From assembly GCF_006345805.1 (NCBI RefSeq), contig NC_043002.1:16740001-16804000 (forward strand): a DNA stretch of 64,000 bases, read 5' to 3'. Below the pieces are notes generated by a model. The model searched no databases. It was not told the origin of the DNA and saw only the letters and a program-made list of their open reading frames with translations. The stretch comes from Octopus sinensis. Taxonomy: Eukaryota. Shown here piece by piece: positions 13,116-26,049 of the stretch. The stretch's first letter is position 1. Each line of letters opens with the position of its first letter. The position numbers and the translations under genes are program-made.

Positions 13116-13707
13116 TTGTCTATATCAGTTTGTTCATAAACAAAATCCACTCATTCATGTAGTAACGAATGCCATTTTTAGAATTATTGTTTTCATCCTC
13201 GAACGATGGGTACACATATATTCATTTAATATTGACATGTATATGGTGGTCATTAGGAATGCAGCGTAAATTTTTCTCAATGAAGGTGGCTTGCTTCCGC
13301 AACTCTCTAGCAGTGTTATGTAAATAATGGAGTATTTTAGTAATTCATTCATTTAAAGTAATCCTTCGGCCGATATAACATTGTCTCTTTGTAGAATTAC
13401 TTAGAAGTGAATTGGAAATACTTTTAAAAAACTTGGGTTCTGTAGTAGCGGACATGCACTTACAGGTAGGTACATTATATAAATTCAATTCAATCTTATT
13501 ATTTTTATACAAACAAAAGATTTCTCCAAAAAATTAAAAAAACTACCGTTTTAAATCTAGTGAGGTTTCATCAGACGGACATATCTAGTTAATTACTTGG
13601 CGAAAGTAACAGGTAAATATTTTGATAATTCTACCCTCCCCCCACTCTTTTTTGATAAACCCATTTTTAAGAGCGAGCTGATATGTCGTAAATTCTCAAA
13701 TCGGAAC

Positions 13708-13747
<40 letters not shown>

Positions 13748-13752
<5 letters not shown>

Positions 13753-13893
13753 TAATTTAGGCTATCTAAGAGATACTACCACGCTGGAAATAGCAGTGAA
13801 AACAACTCTAAAAGCACATTTGCTGCTTTTAGAGTCAAGATTTTACTGCTATTTCCAGCGTGGTGGTATCTCTTAGATACCCTAAATTATAAT
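13748..13893. repeat. Fold-back hairpin (about 69-bp arms, 7-nt loop) next to (TA)n
   Basis: AATTATAATTTAGGCTATCTAAGAGATACTACCACGCTGGAAATAGCAGT...CTCTAAAAGCA is mirrored by TGCTTTTAGAG...ACTGCTATTTCCAGCGTGGTGGTATCTCTTAGATACCCTAAATTATAATT. Confidence 0.8.
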
Positions 13894-14222
13894 TTTAAAT
13901 AATTATTACTTTTGAAAATTTTTTTTTCCCATGCTGGCCACCTGATAACATCGGTATTTAAATACCGATCATCTCATTTTTTATATAAATAAATAAACAA
14001 ATAAATATATATATATGCGCACACGTTGTACTACAAAACTAGGTATACAGTTATGAAAACTGAAAACACGTACAATACTTATTTTTATCGAAAAAATTAA
14101 GTTACAATAAAAATATTATTATAGGTATGATAAATGTATTGGTGTGATTAACGACACTGAAAATATCAAACATGAAGCTGAACAATTTAATGTGCTAATA
14201 TTTTAATGAATTAAGTATTCTA

Positions 14223-14285
<63 letters not shown>

Positions 14286-14437
14286 AGTAATTGAATGAAT
14301 TATCTTATTAAGGATAATTCGAAAGATAACCGATACCTGGGTAGCAAATTCACATCAGAAAGAACACGGTTGAAGTTACGTCCCTAGGGCATAGACTACG
14401 TGTCTTCGTGCTGAAATTTGTATGTTTATTTTAAAAT

Positions 14438-14759
14438 TATAAGTATATGAAAGAATGGAGTTGAACGACTAGTTAACAAATATCCTTTATTCTCGACATA
14501 TGTTTCGAAGGCTGCATATTCCTAATTCCGAAGAAATAAGGAGTACATTATGCGATTATCGCCATAGGTTCCTTGAGAGCGGTCAGCTAAAATTTTTTTG
14601 TGCGTTTTGATGTCGACATAAGTTCCTTGATTTTCCTGATGAGAAATCTGCATAATGTACTCCTTATTCCTTCGGAATTAGGAATATGCAGCCTTCGAAA
14701 CATATGTCGAGAATAAAGGATAATTGTTAACTAGTCGTTCAACTCCATTCTTTCATATA

Positions 14760-14764
<5 letters not shown>
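14438..14764. mobile_element. Fold-back Penelope-like remnant adjacent to (TA)n
   Basis: Arms 14438-14553 and 14650-14764 are reverse complements with about 2 mismatches around a 96-bp spacer. The right part carries a complete hammerhead. Confidence 0.8.
14624..14720 (+). ncRNA. Type-I hammerhead ribozyme motif with intact core
   Basis: TCCTTGATTTTC-CTGATGA(14636-14642)-GAA..CTGCATA...TATGCAG..TTC-GAAA(14697-14700)-CATAT-GTC/GAGAATAAAGGA. Stem I has 11 of 12 pairs, stem III is the palindrome ACATATGT, and the triplet is GUC. Confidence 0.82.
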
Positions 14765-14799
<35 letters not shown>

Positions 14800-15908
14800 G
14801 TCACATTCTGCTCATTTTGCAATAGCACAGCCGAATTTAAATAAGCAAATATCCTCCTGTATCAATTACTCCCTCGTAAGACAGAGCAGGACATAAGCAA
14901 CTTCCCCTGGTCTGTCACTGAAACTGCTTCAGTGATCATTACATACCTGAACGGGATATGTTTTGGCCTAATGAAATAAAGCTGTATATATTTGCGGAGA
15001 TACATGTCTGTCAGTGAACGCATTACTTTTACTCATCTTCTCTCTCTCCCATGAAAAATCGCGGCTATGAATTCGTTTCACACAATCAATAATTTCGGCT
15101 TCTAAAACTTTTCCTCGCACAGTGATACAAACAGAGATAGAAAATGCATCTATAAACACCACATAGATGCGAAAACATACATAACATACGGTTAAGCACA
15201 GAGTTCTATAATCTGTTATAATAGAGAAAATTTTCTTGAACTTACACTAAATCGCCTTAAAATCATACTGGATAAGGAATTATTAGGTACATATGTCTAG
15301 AAGCATAAATAAACACTTTATATTGTATATGCATAGCATTCATGTTATACTGCTAATTATGACTTATTTTATTTATATTTTAGACTGTAACGGCTCTAAG
15401 TGTTTGAGGGATCACAGAAGTTTTCCATTTTGTCCTTAGTTAACCTTACATTAAGTAAGAGTTGTTCAAGCTGTAGTGCTGAATGTTTGAGAATTTTGTT
15501 TAAAAAAATTATTTCTAGTGCACTTATCTCACCTATGGTACCTAGAATCACATACACATACTGACACATAGAGAGACGGCCAGACACACACATATGTATA
15601 TGTATATATGCAAAAATATATATCTATATATATTTATGTGAACATATATATGATGAGTGTTCGTGTGTGTGTATAAATTGTTGTGTCGTATTTTATGTAT
15701 GTATAAAATGCACTCAATTTGATTATGGATAAAATGTTTATTCACCCAATTAGGGAGTATATACCATTCCATTTACTAAATAGGTTTCAAAAAATGAAAT
15801 TTACGAAAACAAATTTCTTCCGTTTTTGCTCAATATCACGCTATCAATAAAAATTGTAGGTTGGTTCAGTATTCATACATATACACATATCTTAGTTTAT
15901 TTGCAGAA

Positions 15909-15985
<77 letters not shown>

Positions 15986-16023
15986 TGTGTATACATATAT
16001 TTATATATATACATACATATATA

Positions 16024-16059
<36 letters not shown>

Positions 16060-17032
16060 CTCTCACATATAGACTTCTGATCAAAAACTAATATATCAGC
16101 ATTAATATCAGCATTATGTTATAAACTATAAATGTATAAACATAATCTCACACGTAATCACGCATATACAAGTATACTCGTATAACGAAGCAGAGGCTTA
16201 TAACTATATGTGCATATGTATTTATACATATGGTCGTAGAATCACAAGCGTATACCCCACATCCACTTACATATATGGCGCATTGTACAAGTATACATAC
16301 GGTAACTTTTTAGACATAGGTGAGTTTGCTTCATATATATATGTATATTGAATAAAAGTTGTTGAAATGTTTTGTAAAAAACATAAAATAAATCAATAAA
16401 CTCAGGCGAATTGTTTTTAGCTTTTGAAATGGTGGCTTTTTAGAGAAGTTTTCTTTGTTATGAATTATACGTCTATGAAATACAAACTGGTTGTGTTGAA
16501 AGCGTTTCAAAGAATATTAAATAATATGAGAAATTACATCAAAAGTGATTTTTTATATGAAATATGGCACGATCCTTCTTTGAACAAATATAAAAAATAA
16601 AAACAAAGAAATATCTCCTTTGAATTTCGGAAAGAGGTAATAATCTAAATAGCATGAAGAGAAATGGACACCGCAACGTCTGTAGTGAGCTCTATAAGTT
16701 CTATAATGGGTGATTTTTTTTTTTGTAATCGCAGCTCATACTCAGAAATCTAAGTTTAATAATATTTCTGCATATCATGTCTATCGCATGCTCTCTCAAA
16801 TACACATATGCATACAGACAATCAAACATATATGGAAGGACTCTTTCATACATACGTACCAATGCACACAGCTGTAGGATTATTCAATAAGCAAGTGAGT
16901 TCCCACGAGACGTTTAACATATGAAAGGGATTATCGTATCCTATATTACTTGACTTCTGTTTCAAACTCCTAGTTTTCTTTTGAAACTATGGCCGATCGA
17001 AAATTCAGTTACTCGAGCAGGTGAAACATATA

Positions 17033-17270
17033 TTAGTCAATGTTACCCCAACGTTTCTTAGCCATGTGTTCACAGGCCTGTTTCTCCTCTTCTCCCCTCC
17101 TGAAGCCTTCAACTCGACAGTTTCTCGAATGGTAAACGCAAAACTTGGCCAAGCAACTTCCTTTGTATACGCGTGAGCCGTGCAGTTTACCTACGCGCCT
17201 CTGTGATGCGTCATGCCAATTGATATCCAGGATACTCCGAGGAAAGCTCTTGTGCGATACATTCAGAATT
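17033..17270 (-). mobile_element. Decayed RTE-like LINE C-terminal fragment
   Basis: ILNVSHKSFPRSILDINWHD and RVEGFRRG...KRWGNI resemble RTE CLRRILGISW.D and VEG.RRRGR..KRW.DNI. Confidence 0.45.
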
Positions 17271-17274
17271 TTGC

Positions 17275-17600
17275 AAATCCTGTCGGTCCGCCACAATAAT
17301 TCACTTGCATGCAAAGCCGTGCGAATTGAAATAGAGGCGTGCAGATGAATTTGAATCCTTTGGTGAATGGAAGAGCATGACGATATTTCCCGTCGTGGAA
17401 AAACCGCTTTGCTACGTCTATTCTTGACGCCAACATTTGTTTTTCCACTTCTGTGACTGAGTAGTTATATAAAAGAATCAACAAGTAACTCGGCCATACA
17501 TGCATATTCATACACACATGTATAGATACAGGTATGAATACTCACACATACACACACATATTGGAGCCGTTCAAACGAACAGACGGCGTTGTGCATAAAT
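17275..17600. mobile_element. Decayed mariner C-terminal pieces in both orientations
   Basis: The plus strand has VRHNNSLACKA (HDNA..H.A-like) and the minus strand has KRFFHDG..HALP (FF.DGI.AL-like). Confidence 0.35.
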
Positions 17601-17921
17601 TTTGAAACAATAGTTATATGCAGTAAGATAGTTTGATGATCCCAAGCGCTTGGCACTAAAGATGAATGTATTTGATATTGAGATGACTCTACTTTGTGCT
17701 TTTGCAAAGATGAGGGCTATGTTACATTATATTTGCTACATTAACTGTGCGTTCTGTGTTTATAGTAAAAAATATGTGGCTTTGGAGAGTTGACTCATCT
17801 TTCTAGCATAGCTGGTATATAACTCTTATAGCAAAAACGTTTATGTATATTTACATATGATGGTTAAGCTTGTCGCCACTTTATTATTTTTTTTTAACAA
17901 AACTGATTTCTTATGTTATAA

Positions 17922-17984
<63 letters not shown>

Positions 17985-17985
<1 letters not shown>

Positions 17986-18320
17986 CTCTTTTCTTTTTAC
18001 TCTTTTACTTGTTTCAATCATGTGACTGTGGCCATGCTGGAGCACAGCCTTAAGTAGTGCAAAACGACGCCAGGACTTATTGTTTATAAGCCTAGTACTT
18101 ATTCTATCGGTCTCCTTTGCCGAACCGCTAAGTTACGGTGAGGTAAACACGCCAGCATCGGTTGCCAGCGATGTTGGGGAGACAAACACAGGCACACAAG
18201 CATATACGCAAACATACACACACATATAATATATATATATATATATACATATATACGACGGGCTTCTTTCAGTTTCCTTATACCAAATCAACTCACAAGG
18301 CTTTGGACACTTGCCCAAGG
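17985..18320 (-). mobile_element. SINE family B, 5'-truncated
   Basis: The tail and body are present, and the copy ends at ACTTGCCCAAGG. Confidence 0.82.
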
Positions 18321-18379
18321 AAAATATAAATAATAAATAAGAATATGACTCTCCCCAGACAGAAGATTATATGTATATA

Positions 18380-18452
<73 letters not shown>

Positions 18453-18744
18453 GATATATAGCTTTTGGTATTCGTAAGGCCCAGAATGGCAGCTAAGTCT
18501 ATGTAAGTATTGGGGATGGACTGTAGTTAGATTTCCTGTTCAACAATAATATGAGTCTAATACGGGTCGTGTATGACCCTGTATATGTTTAATGAAATGT
18601 GACATTTTATTTAACATTTTTGCACAGCATTTGTTAGACAGTGTACAACCACCGTTACTTAATGAATAGGAAGCAATCTTGCTACAAACAAGTGCACACA
18701 TAGATGCACACACATACGCATTCAACACATATATCCGCATACAC

Positions 18745-18980
18745 TGGAACGGTTAGAACGAACTGTGTTCCAATTGATCCGATCAAGGGAACAGCCTACT
18801 CGTGAAATTAACGTGCAAGTGGCTCAGTAATCCACAGACCCGCGTATCCTCAATTTAGTTCTTAGTAATATATAGTGTGACACCAAATGTGACAAGGATG
18901 GTCGTTTGAATTACAGTTATTGCTCAGTTTTGGCAGCAGATTTGATTGGAGTAATGTGAAATAAAGTTGTTCAGGGACAC
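18745..18980 (-). mobile_element. Degenerate SINE family C 3' part
   Basis: GGAACAGCCTACTCGTGAAATTAACGTGCAAGTGGCT is the reverse complement of the family C tail. Confidence 0.7.
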
Positions 18981-20461
18981 AACTCAGGACATTATGTGTT
19001 AAATACGTTACATATAATTGCGTAAATGTGTATCATATAATAAATAAATGAATTCTATTGACGGAGGCGTTAAGTAGTATTGAGTTGATTCCTCTAATAT
19101 TCAACTCAAAATAATTATTATTCACACTGTGATGGTTACACCATACCCTTTGGAAAGAAACACTTTGGATTATAAATAATGATAAATTAATGCAAGTATA
19201 ACTAATATCCTTTCGGTCATTGAAACACTACGATTACCAAGTACCTACATGAAATACTGATGAGTTGAAACCCTGAAATATACTTAGCCCTTAATGTATT
19301 AAATGTGTTTGTATGTGTGTGTGTATGTATGTATGTATGTATGTATGTATGTCGTATGTATGTATGTATGTATGTATGTATGTATGCATGCATGTATGTA
19401 TGCATGTATGTGTGTGTATGTATGTATGTATGTATGTTTGCTTGCATGTATCTATGTAAGAAAGTGATTGGTTCAGCTGTCATTATTTTAACATTACCTA
19501 GAAGGTATCATGTCGCTGCCCGGAAATATAACACTCAGCAGATGAAAAATATTTGTATACGACTCATCGAAATCCTGCATTAACTTTTCTTTTTTTGTGA
19601 CAGAATTTTTATTTACTGAATTGCTTCCAACAGAGACAGGGAACTTCTGATTTTGTTGCTTGCTTTTTAAAAAGGAAAAGAAAATGTCTAGATCTATTAC
19701 GTCCACACCACGTATCGAATAGCGAAGGCTATAACGCACAAACATTAATAAATGATTACGTACAGTTGTGTGGGTATATAGGTGTGCAAATACATAAATG
19801 CAGGAAATATATGTATACTATGCATCAGAAAAATGATGATGGATAAGCAGACGTGACTACACAGGCAGGTATGTTTATATGTGTTTGTATGCGTGTGTGT
19901 ATCTATGGAGGGATTCAATTTTGTGTATGTATTCGTACATGTTTGCCGCTAAGAAAATATGTCGTAGCTTATTTCGTGGACAATAATAGAGCTTCAACAT
20001 TTCATTTCATTTTTGTTCTGTAGGGTTGCTTATGGAGTTGTAATTGCCTCTAAAATAATTTGATATGAGATCGCGTGTTGAAATTAAAACATGTACAGTA
20101 TAGAAGACTCGTATTAGCAATTCAAAACCAAACGTTTAACTTCACCAAGTCATGGACTTCCCGGTTTTCAAATGTTCACCGCACTGTCCGTGTCCTGGTC
20201 ACTGGACCACTCCAACTGCAAATGGAAACCTACTCGCTGGTCAGTTTATATACGCCACAGGTGTTCTTATTTTCTTCCATTCCATCTTCTGTGTAGGTTT
20301 TTCATTGATGTTGTAATCACACGACACCTATTCTAGGTTGTCTGTTTTGGCATTCGGTTTGAATATATGATCAAGAATTGTAGTTGCCTTCTTTTGCTCA
20401 TTTACTTTCATCTCTGTACTAGTGGGAGGTTACGACACAGTATAGTCGCGCAGAATCAGCT

Positions 20462-20872
20462 TCTTTACTCTTTTACTTGATTCAGTCATTTGACTGAGGG
20501 CATGCTGGAGCACCGCTTTAGTCGAGCAAATCGATCCCAGGACTTATTCTTTGCAAGCCTAGAACTTATTCTATCAGACCCCTTTTGCCGAACCGCTAAC
20601 TTACGGGGACGTAAACACACCAGTCTCGGTTGTCAAGCGATGTTAGGGGGACAAACACAAACACACAAACACACACACACACACAGACATATATATATAT
20701 ACATATATACGACGGGCTTCTTTCAGTTTCCGTCTACCAAATCCACTCACAAGGCTTTGGTCGGCCGGAGATTATAGTAGAAGACACTTGCCCAAGGTGC
20801 CACGCAGTGGGAATGAACCCGGAAACATGTGGTTTGTTAGCAAGCTACTTACCACACAGCCACTCCTGTGCC
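20462..20872 (-). mobile_element. SINE family B
   Basis: Full-length match to the family. Confidence 0.9.
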
Positions 20873-21253
20873 TATTATGAATAATAAAATGTGAAGTTCC
20901 CAGATCATAACTACAACGTCGAAACAGCAGGGAGAAGGGGCTGTGACAGGAATAGTAGAAGTATTCGTAGTAGTTGCAGTAGCCTTAGTAATAGTTTTCT
21001 TAATAGAAGTATTTCCTGTGGTAATATCTGTAGTAACCACCGTAATTAAAACTGCAAAACCTACATTGTCACTCTATCACAAAAGGCAATTGAATCATTC
21101 CTCAGTGAAACGAGTATTTATCGGTATATAGCATTACTTGTGGTAGCCTCAGAGATTTGAATTATTTCCCTTTAATATTCGAATTTATATCCTTATTACG
21201 TTTATATATTTGTTTTGCAAGATTTTTGGTGTGAAATCGTGTGTTGAAACAGA

Positions 21254-21519
21254 TATTGCTGTATTTAGGGATGGTCATTTTGCCAGTTTAGCCAATAAAA
21301 ACACACGCACTATATATTTGGTGTTACTTTGCTTCAGCGTTATTCACTTTTTACATTAATCTTAATCGTATTAAGATTAATGTAAAAAGATTATAATGTA
21401 ATAAGTTTAAGATTAATGTAAAAAATGAATAACGCTGAAGCAAAGTAACACCAAATATATAGTGCGTGTATTTTTATTTGCTAATCTGGCAAAATGACCA
21501 TTCTTAACTACAACAATAT
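21254..21519. repeat. Fold-back inverted repeat (about 110-bp arms) with a nested short hairpin at the centre
   Basis: 21254-21365 pairs with about 21408-21519. TTTTTACATTAATCTTAAT-CGT-ATTAAGATTAATGTAAAAA forms an additional internal palindrome. Confidence 0.8.
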
Positions 21520-22310
21520 GACTTTATATCCAGTATAAATAAATGCTATCAGTGTAAGAGATGCTACAATGACTGCAGCGGATACATGAATTGTTACAAT
21601 ATGATATCAAACACAGACAAACTTCAAACGTGGCCATAATATCTAGCAAAAAAAAAAAATGAAACACCAAGATATCAACAAGCGCATAAAATAGGTGAGA
21701 GCAAATAAATTATTAATTTCACCAAAGCAGTTGTTTGCAGTCAGGTATTTTTTAACATCGCACGTCTTATCATTTTATTTGTTTCGTATTTTCATGTTTT
21801 GTCTGTGCTTCATAAAATTAATATTTTAAAGCAATAAATTTTAGAATTTTGTTTATTATCTTTATATTTATCTATAACACTTAACCTGTAATTTTCGTAC
21901 AAATGATTTGTTTTATTTATTCATTTATTTTGTTTTCACTGAGATATAGAAAAGGAATGGAGGATGTCAATAAAGAATTGTTTATGAAAGTAATGATCAT
22001 ACTTCTAAAATTTCCACTGTTTTATCTTTCCAATGCTTCAAAAAAAATTACGAAATTTCTTTTTTATATGAGCATTAAGAGTAAGTTTGTCTTATGCGCC
22101 ATCAGATCGCACCATTCTTTGAGCAACATGTTAAAACAAGAGCGCGGCATTTTGAATAGTTACAAAGAATTAACTTCCCATTTTCTGTGTATGTAGAAAT
22201 TGTATTCAAACACCCTGGTAGTACTATTAGAGGATTATATAGTAAAGATCTTGAAAACAGCGAAATGACATAATCGAATGAATGAAAGAATATAATAACT
22301 AAAGATGCAG

Positions 22311-22423
22311 TACAGTTCTATATTTACGAGATGAGGAATTACGTACATTATTTACATTCGACAGATATTTGTCCTCATCTTGTTTGTTGTTAACACAATG
22401 TTTCGGGTGATATAACCTCCAGC
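22311..22423 (-). mobile_element. 5'-truncated copy of the family D tail
   Basis: The reverse complement matches 56971-57090 (GCTGGAGG.TATATCA.CCGAAAC.TTGTGTT...ATATAGAACTG). Confidence 0.8.
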
Positions 22424-22429
22424 TAGGCA

Positions 22430-22590
22430 AAGTGATAATTAGTACTATAGTCTGCGTTCAAATGCCACCATTATTGACTTTGTCTTTCATTCATTCAGGG
22501 CGCGATAAAATATGCATAATTTCACTACTGGGGTCGATGTAATTGACGCCATTCCCCACAACCAAACTGCGAAACTTGTACTAAAATTAG
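22430..22590 (+). mobile_element. Degenerate SINE family A
   Basis: GCGTTCAAATGCCACC..GACTTTGTCTTTCATTCATTCAGGG..ACTGGGGTCGATGTAAT. Confidence 0.55.
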
Positions 22591-22919
22591 AGGGATATAT
22601 CAGAAGTCTGAAGTACTTTTAATATAAATGGTTACTTTCAGAAGCGTTATTGAACAAAGAGAACCTAATTTTATGATGTTATCACAAGAAAAATATCATG
22701 AAAGTACGTGGTATAGATAAAAATGTTTAGCATGCTAATGTATATAATATATTTTACATATACAGAAATTAATGAATGAGCATCCAATTGAAAGACGCAT
22801 TACCAATCTAGACTTCTGGAAGTCCGGAACAGTTTGTAGAGAACAAAATAGTGTCTAAGTTTCTAAAGAAACAAAATGATAATTAAGTATCCTTCGTGGT
22901 GTAATAAGCGACTTGAATG

Positions 22920-22950
<31 letters not shown>

Positions 22951-22965
22951 TTGTTATACATATGA

Positions 22966-22996
<31 letters not shown>

Positions 22997-23043
22997 GAAA
23001 AAACAAGTCAAAATAGAAAATGCTAAAATAATTTTATAAAGAA

Positions 23044-23091
23044 CATTTCAGTACCGGTTTCGGACATTTTGAGACCTCTTTAACTGTAACG
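23044..23091 (-). ncRNA. Mirror copy of the hammerhead motif in the left arm
   Basis: The reverse complement reads CGTTACAG-TTAAAGA-GGTCTCAAAATGTCC-GAAA-CCGGTA-CTGAAATG. Confidence 0.6.
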
Positions 23092-23491
23092 ATTAAATAT
23101 TTAAATTTAGAAAAATTAAAAGAAAAGTTTTTTTAAAGGAATATTTGTATAGTGTTTAAATATAAGTGGCATTCTGCCTTTCTCTGTCTCCCTTGTTTGC
23201 ACTTGTGTGCTCGAGGCCGTTGTAAATTCTTGGTAGGGTAGAAGAAGAAGAAGGTTGATGAGGAGAGGGGGTGGAAAAATTTGGGAGTGCCTTGATGGTC
23301 GTATTTTGAATGGTCAGTGGCGGCTAGCAGTTGCAGTTCAATTCAGGAGAATATTTCTATTGAAAGGTTTGTTTATGGAATTTGCGTAGGTGTTATACTA
23401 AAAAGCATTAGTGATAAAGTTAAGAGGTAGAAGGTGGAGAAGAAGAAGAAGAAGAAGAAGAAGAAGAAGAAGAAGAAGAAGATGACGATGT

Positions 23492-23525
<34 letters not shown>

Positions 23526-24562
23526 GGAGAACGAAAGAAGAAGATGATGATGATGGTGATGATGACGACGATGATGATGATAATGATGATGATGAAGAAG
23601 AAGAGGAAGAAGAAGAAAAAAGAGAAGGGAGAATATGAATGGGTGAAAGTTGTGAGATGTTGTATGACTTGAAGTTGGCAAGTTATGGATTATAGCTGTG
23701 ATTGGGGCTGATTTGTAATGGATTCTTTGGAATCTTTCAGCCAACACATAGATACTTGCGCCAACAACAAAACACCAGGCTTCAGGATTTTCTCCCTCTA
23801 CCAATTTAGGGACGATACAACCTCGAGACAACGAATAAGTAAAGAAACCCTCTTTATTACAAAATCCAGGCCACTTCTTAACGGGTCTACGACAAACGAT
23901 TAATATACCTCAACTTTAGAATAAAATAAATACACACACAAATATTACATTCCAAAGAATCCATTACAAATCAGCCCCAATCACAGCTATAATCCATAAC
24001 GTGCCAACTTCATGTCATACAACACCTCACTACTTTCACCCATTCATATTCTCCCTTCTCTTTTTTCTTCTTCTTCCTCTTCTTCTACTTCATCATCATC
24101 ATTATCATCATCATCGTCGTCATCATCATCACCATCATCATCATCTTCTTCTTCTCGTTCTCCTTCTTCATCATCATCATCATCATCGCCATCTTCTTCT
24201 TCTTCTTCTTCTTCTCCACCTTCTACCTCTTAACTTTATCACTAATGCTTTTTAGTATAACACCTACGCAAATTCCATAAACAAACCTTTCAATAGAAAT
24301 ATTCTCCTTAATTGAACTGCAACTGCTAGCCGCCACTGACCATTCAAAAATACGACCATCAAGGCACTCCCAAATTTTTCCACCCCCTCTCCTCGTCAAC
24401 CTTCTTCTTCGTCTACCCTACCACGAATTCACAACGGCCTCGAGCACACAAGTGCAAACAAGGGAGACAGAGAAAGGCAGAATGCCACTTATATTTGAAC
24501 ACTATACAAATATTCCTTTAAAAAAACTTTTCTTTTAATTTTTCTAAATTTAATTATTTAAT

Positions 24563-24610
24563 CGTTACAGTTGAAAAGGTCTCAAAATGACCGAAACCGG
24601 TACTGAAATG
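24563..24610 (+). ncRNA. Minimal type-I hammerhead ribozyme motif (variant core)
   Basis: CGTTACAG-TTGAAAA-GGTC(TCAAAAT)GACC-GAAA-CCG-GTA/CTGAAATG. Stem I has 7 of 8 pairs, stem II has 4 bp, and stem III is the palindrome ACCGGT. Confidence 0.7.
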
Positions 24611-24868
24611 TTCTTTATAAAATTATTTTAGCATTTTCTATTTTGACTTGTTTTTTCATATATATCAACTCGTGTGTTCCTTTTCGCCCTTATACATACA
24701 TATATAATATATCATATATATATATAATATATAATAGATATATATATATTCTATAATATATATATAATATATAATATATATATATATATATATATAATAT
24801 ATGTATATAAGTAATATATACATATATATATAAATATATATATATACACATATATATATACTATATAT

Positions 24869-24910
<42 letters not shown>

Positions 24911-25732
24911 TACACACACACACATATATATATATATTAGTAACTATCAGGAGAACAGAGATTACTTCCCTACCGACGCTATGCAGTCATTATGAGGAGA
25001 TCTAGATTTAGCGATGTCATGATAAACTGAGTGTAGTAAATTTTACTAACTGGAGTTTATCTGCATTCAAGGAGTTTAGCCAGGCTTGTTAAACAACCAC
25101 AACAAGTACGGTACCCGCTAGGGCTTTGTATCCGACTTAACCATTATATATATTCATATACAGAGCGAGAGCGAGAGAAAGCAGAGAGAGAGAGAGAGTG
25201 AAAGGAATGAAGCAAGTTTTAGCTGTGTAGTCTTAAAATTAAATTTGCAGTTTATGAGATTACTTATTGGACAACAATTAAGATGAAAATGCGATGCTAT
25301 AAATATCATATTTAATGGGAATGTTTTAATACGCCTTGAAAGGTTGTATGTATACCTGTTTAAATTTTAGAGTGGAATAATATCATGTGCACATTAAGCA
25401 TTTAAGTGGTAATATTTTACAAGAATAAAGGAAATTTTATTTTCTATATTTGTTCATAGATTACAACAGGAAACTAATTGCGTCATATTTAACGATACAT
25501 AGGACCGAACGGTTATTTCTAAAATAGGAGTGATTCAATTGCTTTGACATTCGACCTTATGTGGTGGAAAATATGATTTGTTAAACGGACATGGCGATAC
25601 TTATCTGGAGTAAGTGAATGTTGTACTGCCCGTCATTGTCTATTTTGCGTAAGATGAAAGCCATACAATAGGAACGAGTAGTGATATATTTCACATATAA
25701 ATATGTGTGTGCATGTATACATACATACATAC

Positions 25733-25779
<47 letters not shown>

Positions 25780-26049
25780 GCTTTGTAAGAACGTATTTGC
25801 GTTCATGAATGTATTGATGTATGTATGTATGTATGTATGTATGAATGTATGTATCTATGAATAAACGAAAGCATGTATGAATGAATTAATCTAAACATAC
25901 ACATGCACACATATAAATATTCAAAAACATTCAAACACACTGAGATATACACATTGTGACACATATACTTAAGGAGAAACACCATTGCTACATACATGCT
26001 AGACGGAGAGACTTGTGCATGGAAACTCCCATATACATGTATAGACATA

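Larger units (their letters stand above)
22997..24695 (+). mobile_element. Penelope-like element insertion: inverted 3' segment, GIY-YIG C-terminus and 3'UTR with hammerhead, in (TA)n
   Basis: Arms 22997-23733 and 23949-24657 are near-identical reverse complements. The spacer encodes SQHIDTCANNKTPGFRIFSLYQF...RISKETLFITKSRPLLN*, the typical R..E..FI....P.LN end of the Penelope endonuclease. TA tracts flank both sides. Confidence 0.85.

Noticed and set aside
13545-13580. Minus-strand CTGATGA near 13568
   Set aside because: It is followed by AAAA instead of GAAA and the stems are weak.
19251-19290. CTGATGA...GAAA motif
   Set aside because: No convincing stem I or II and no correctly placed NUH triplet, so this is a chance match.
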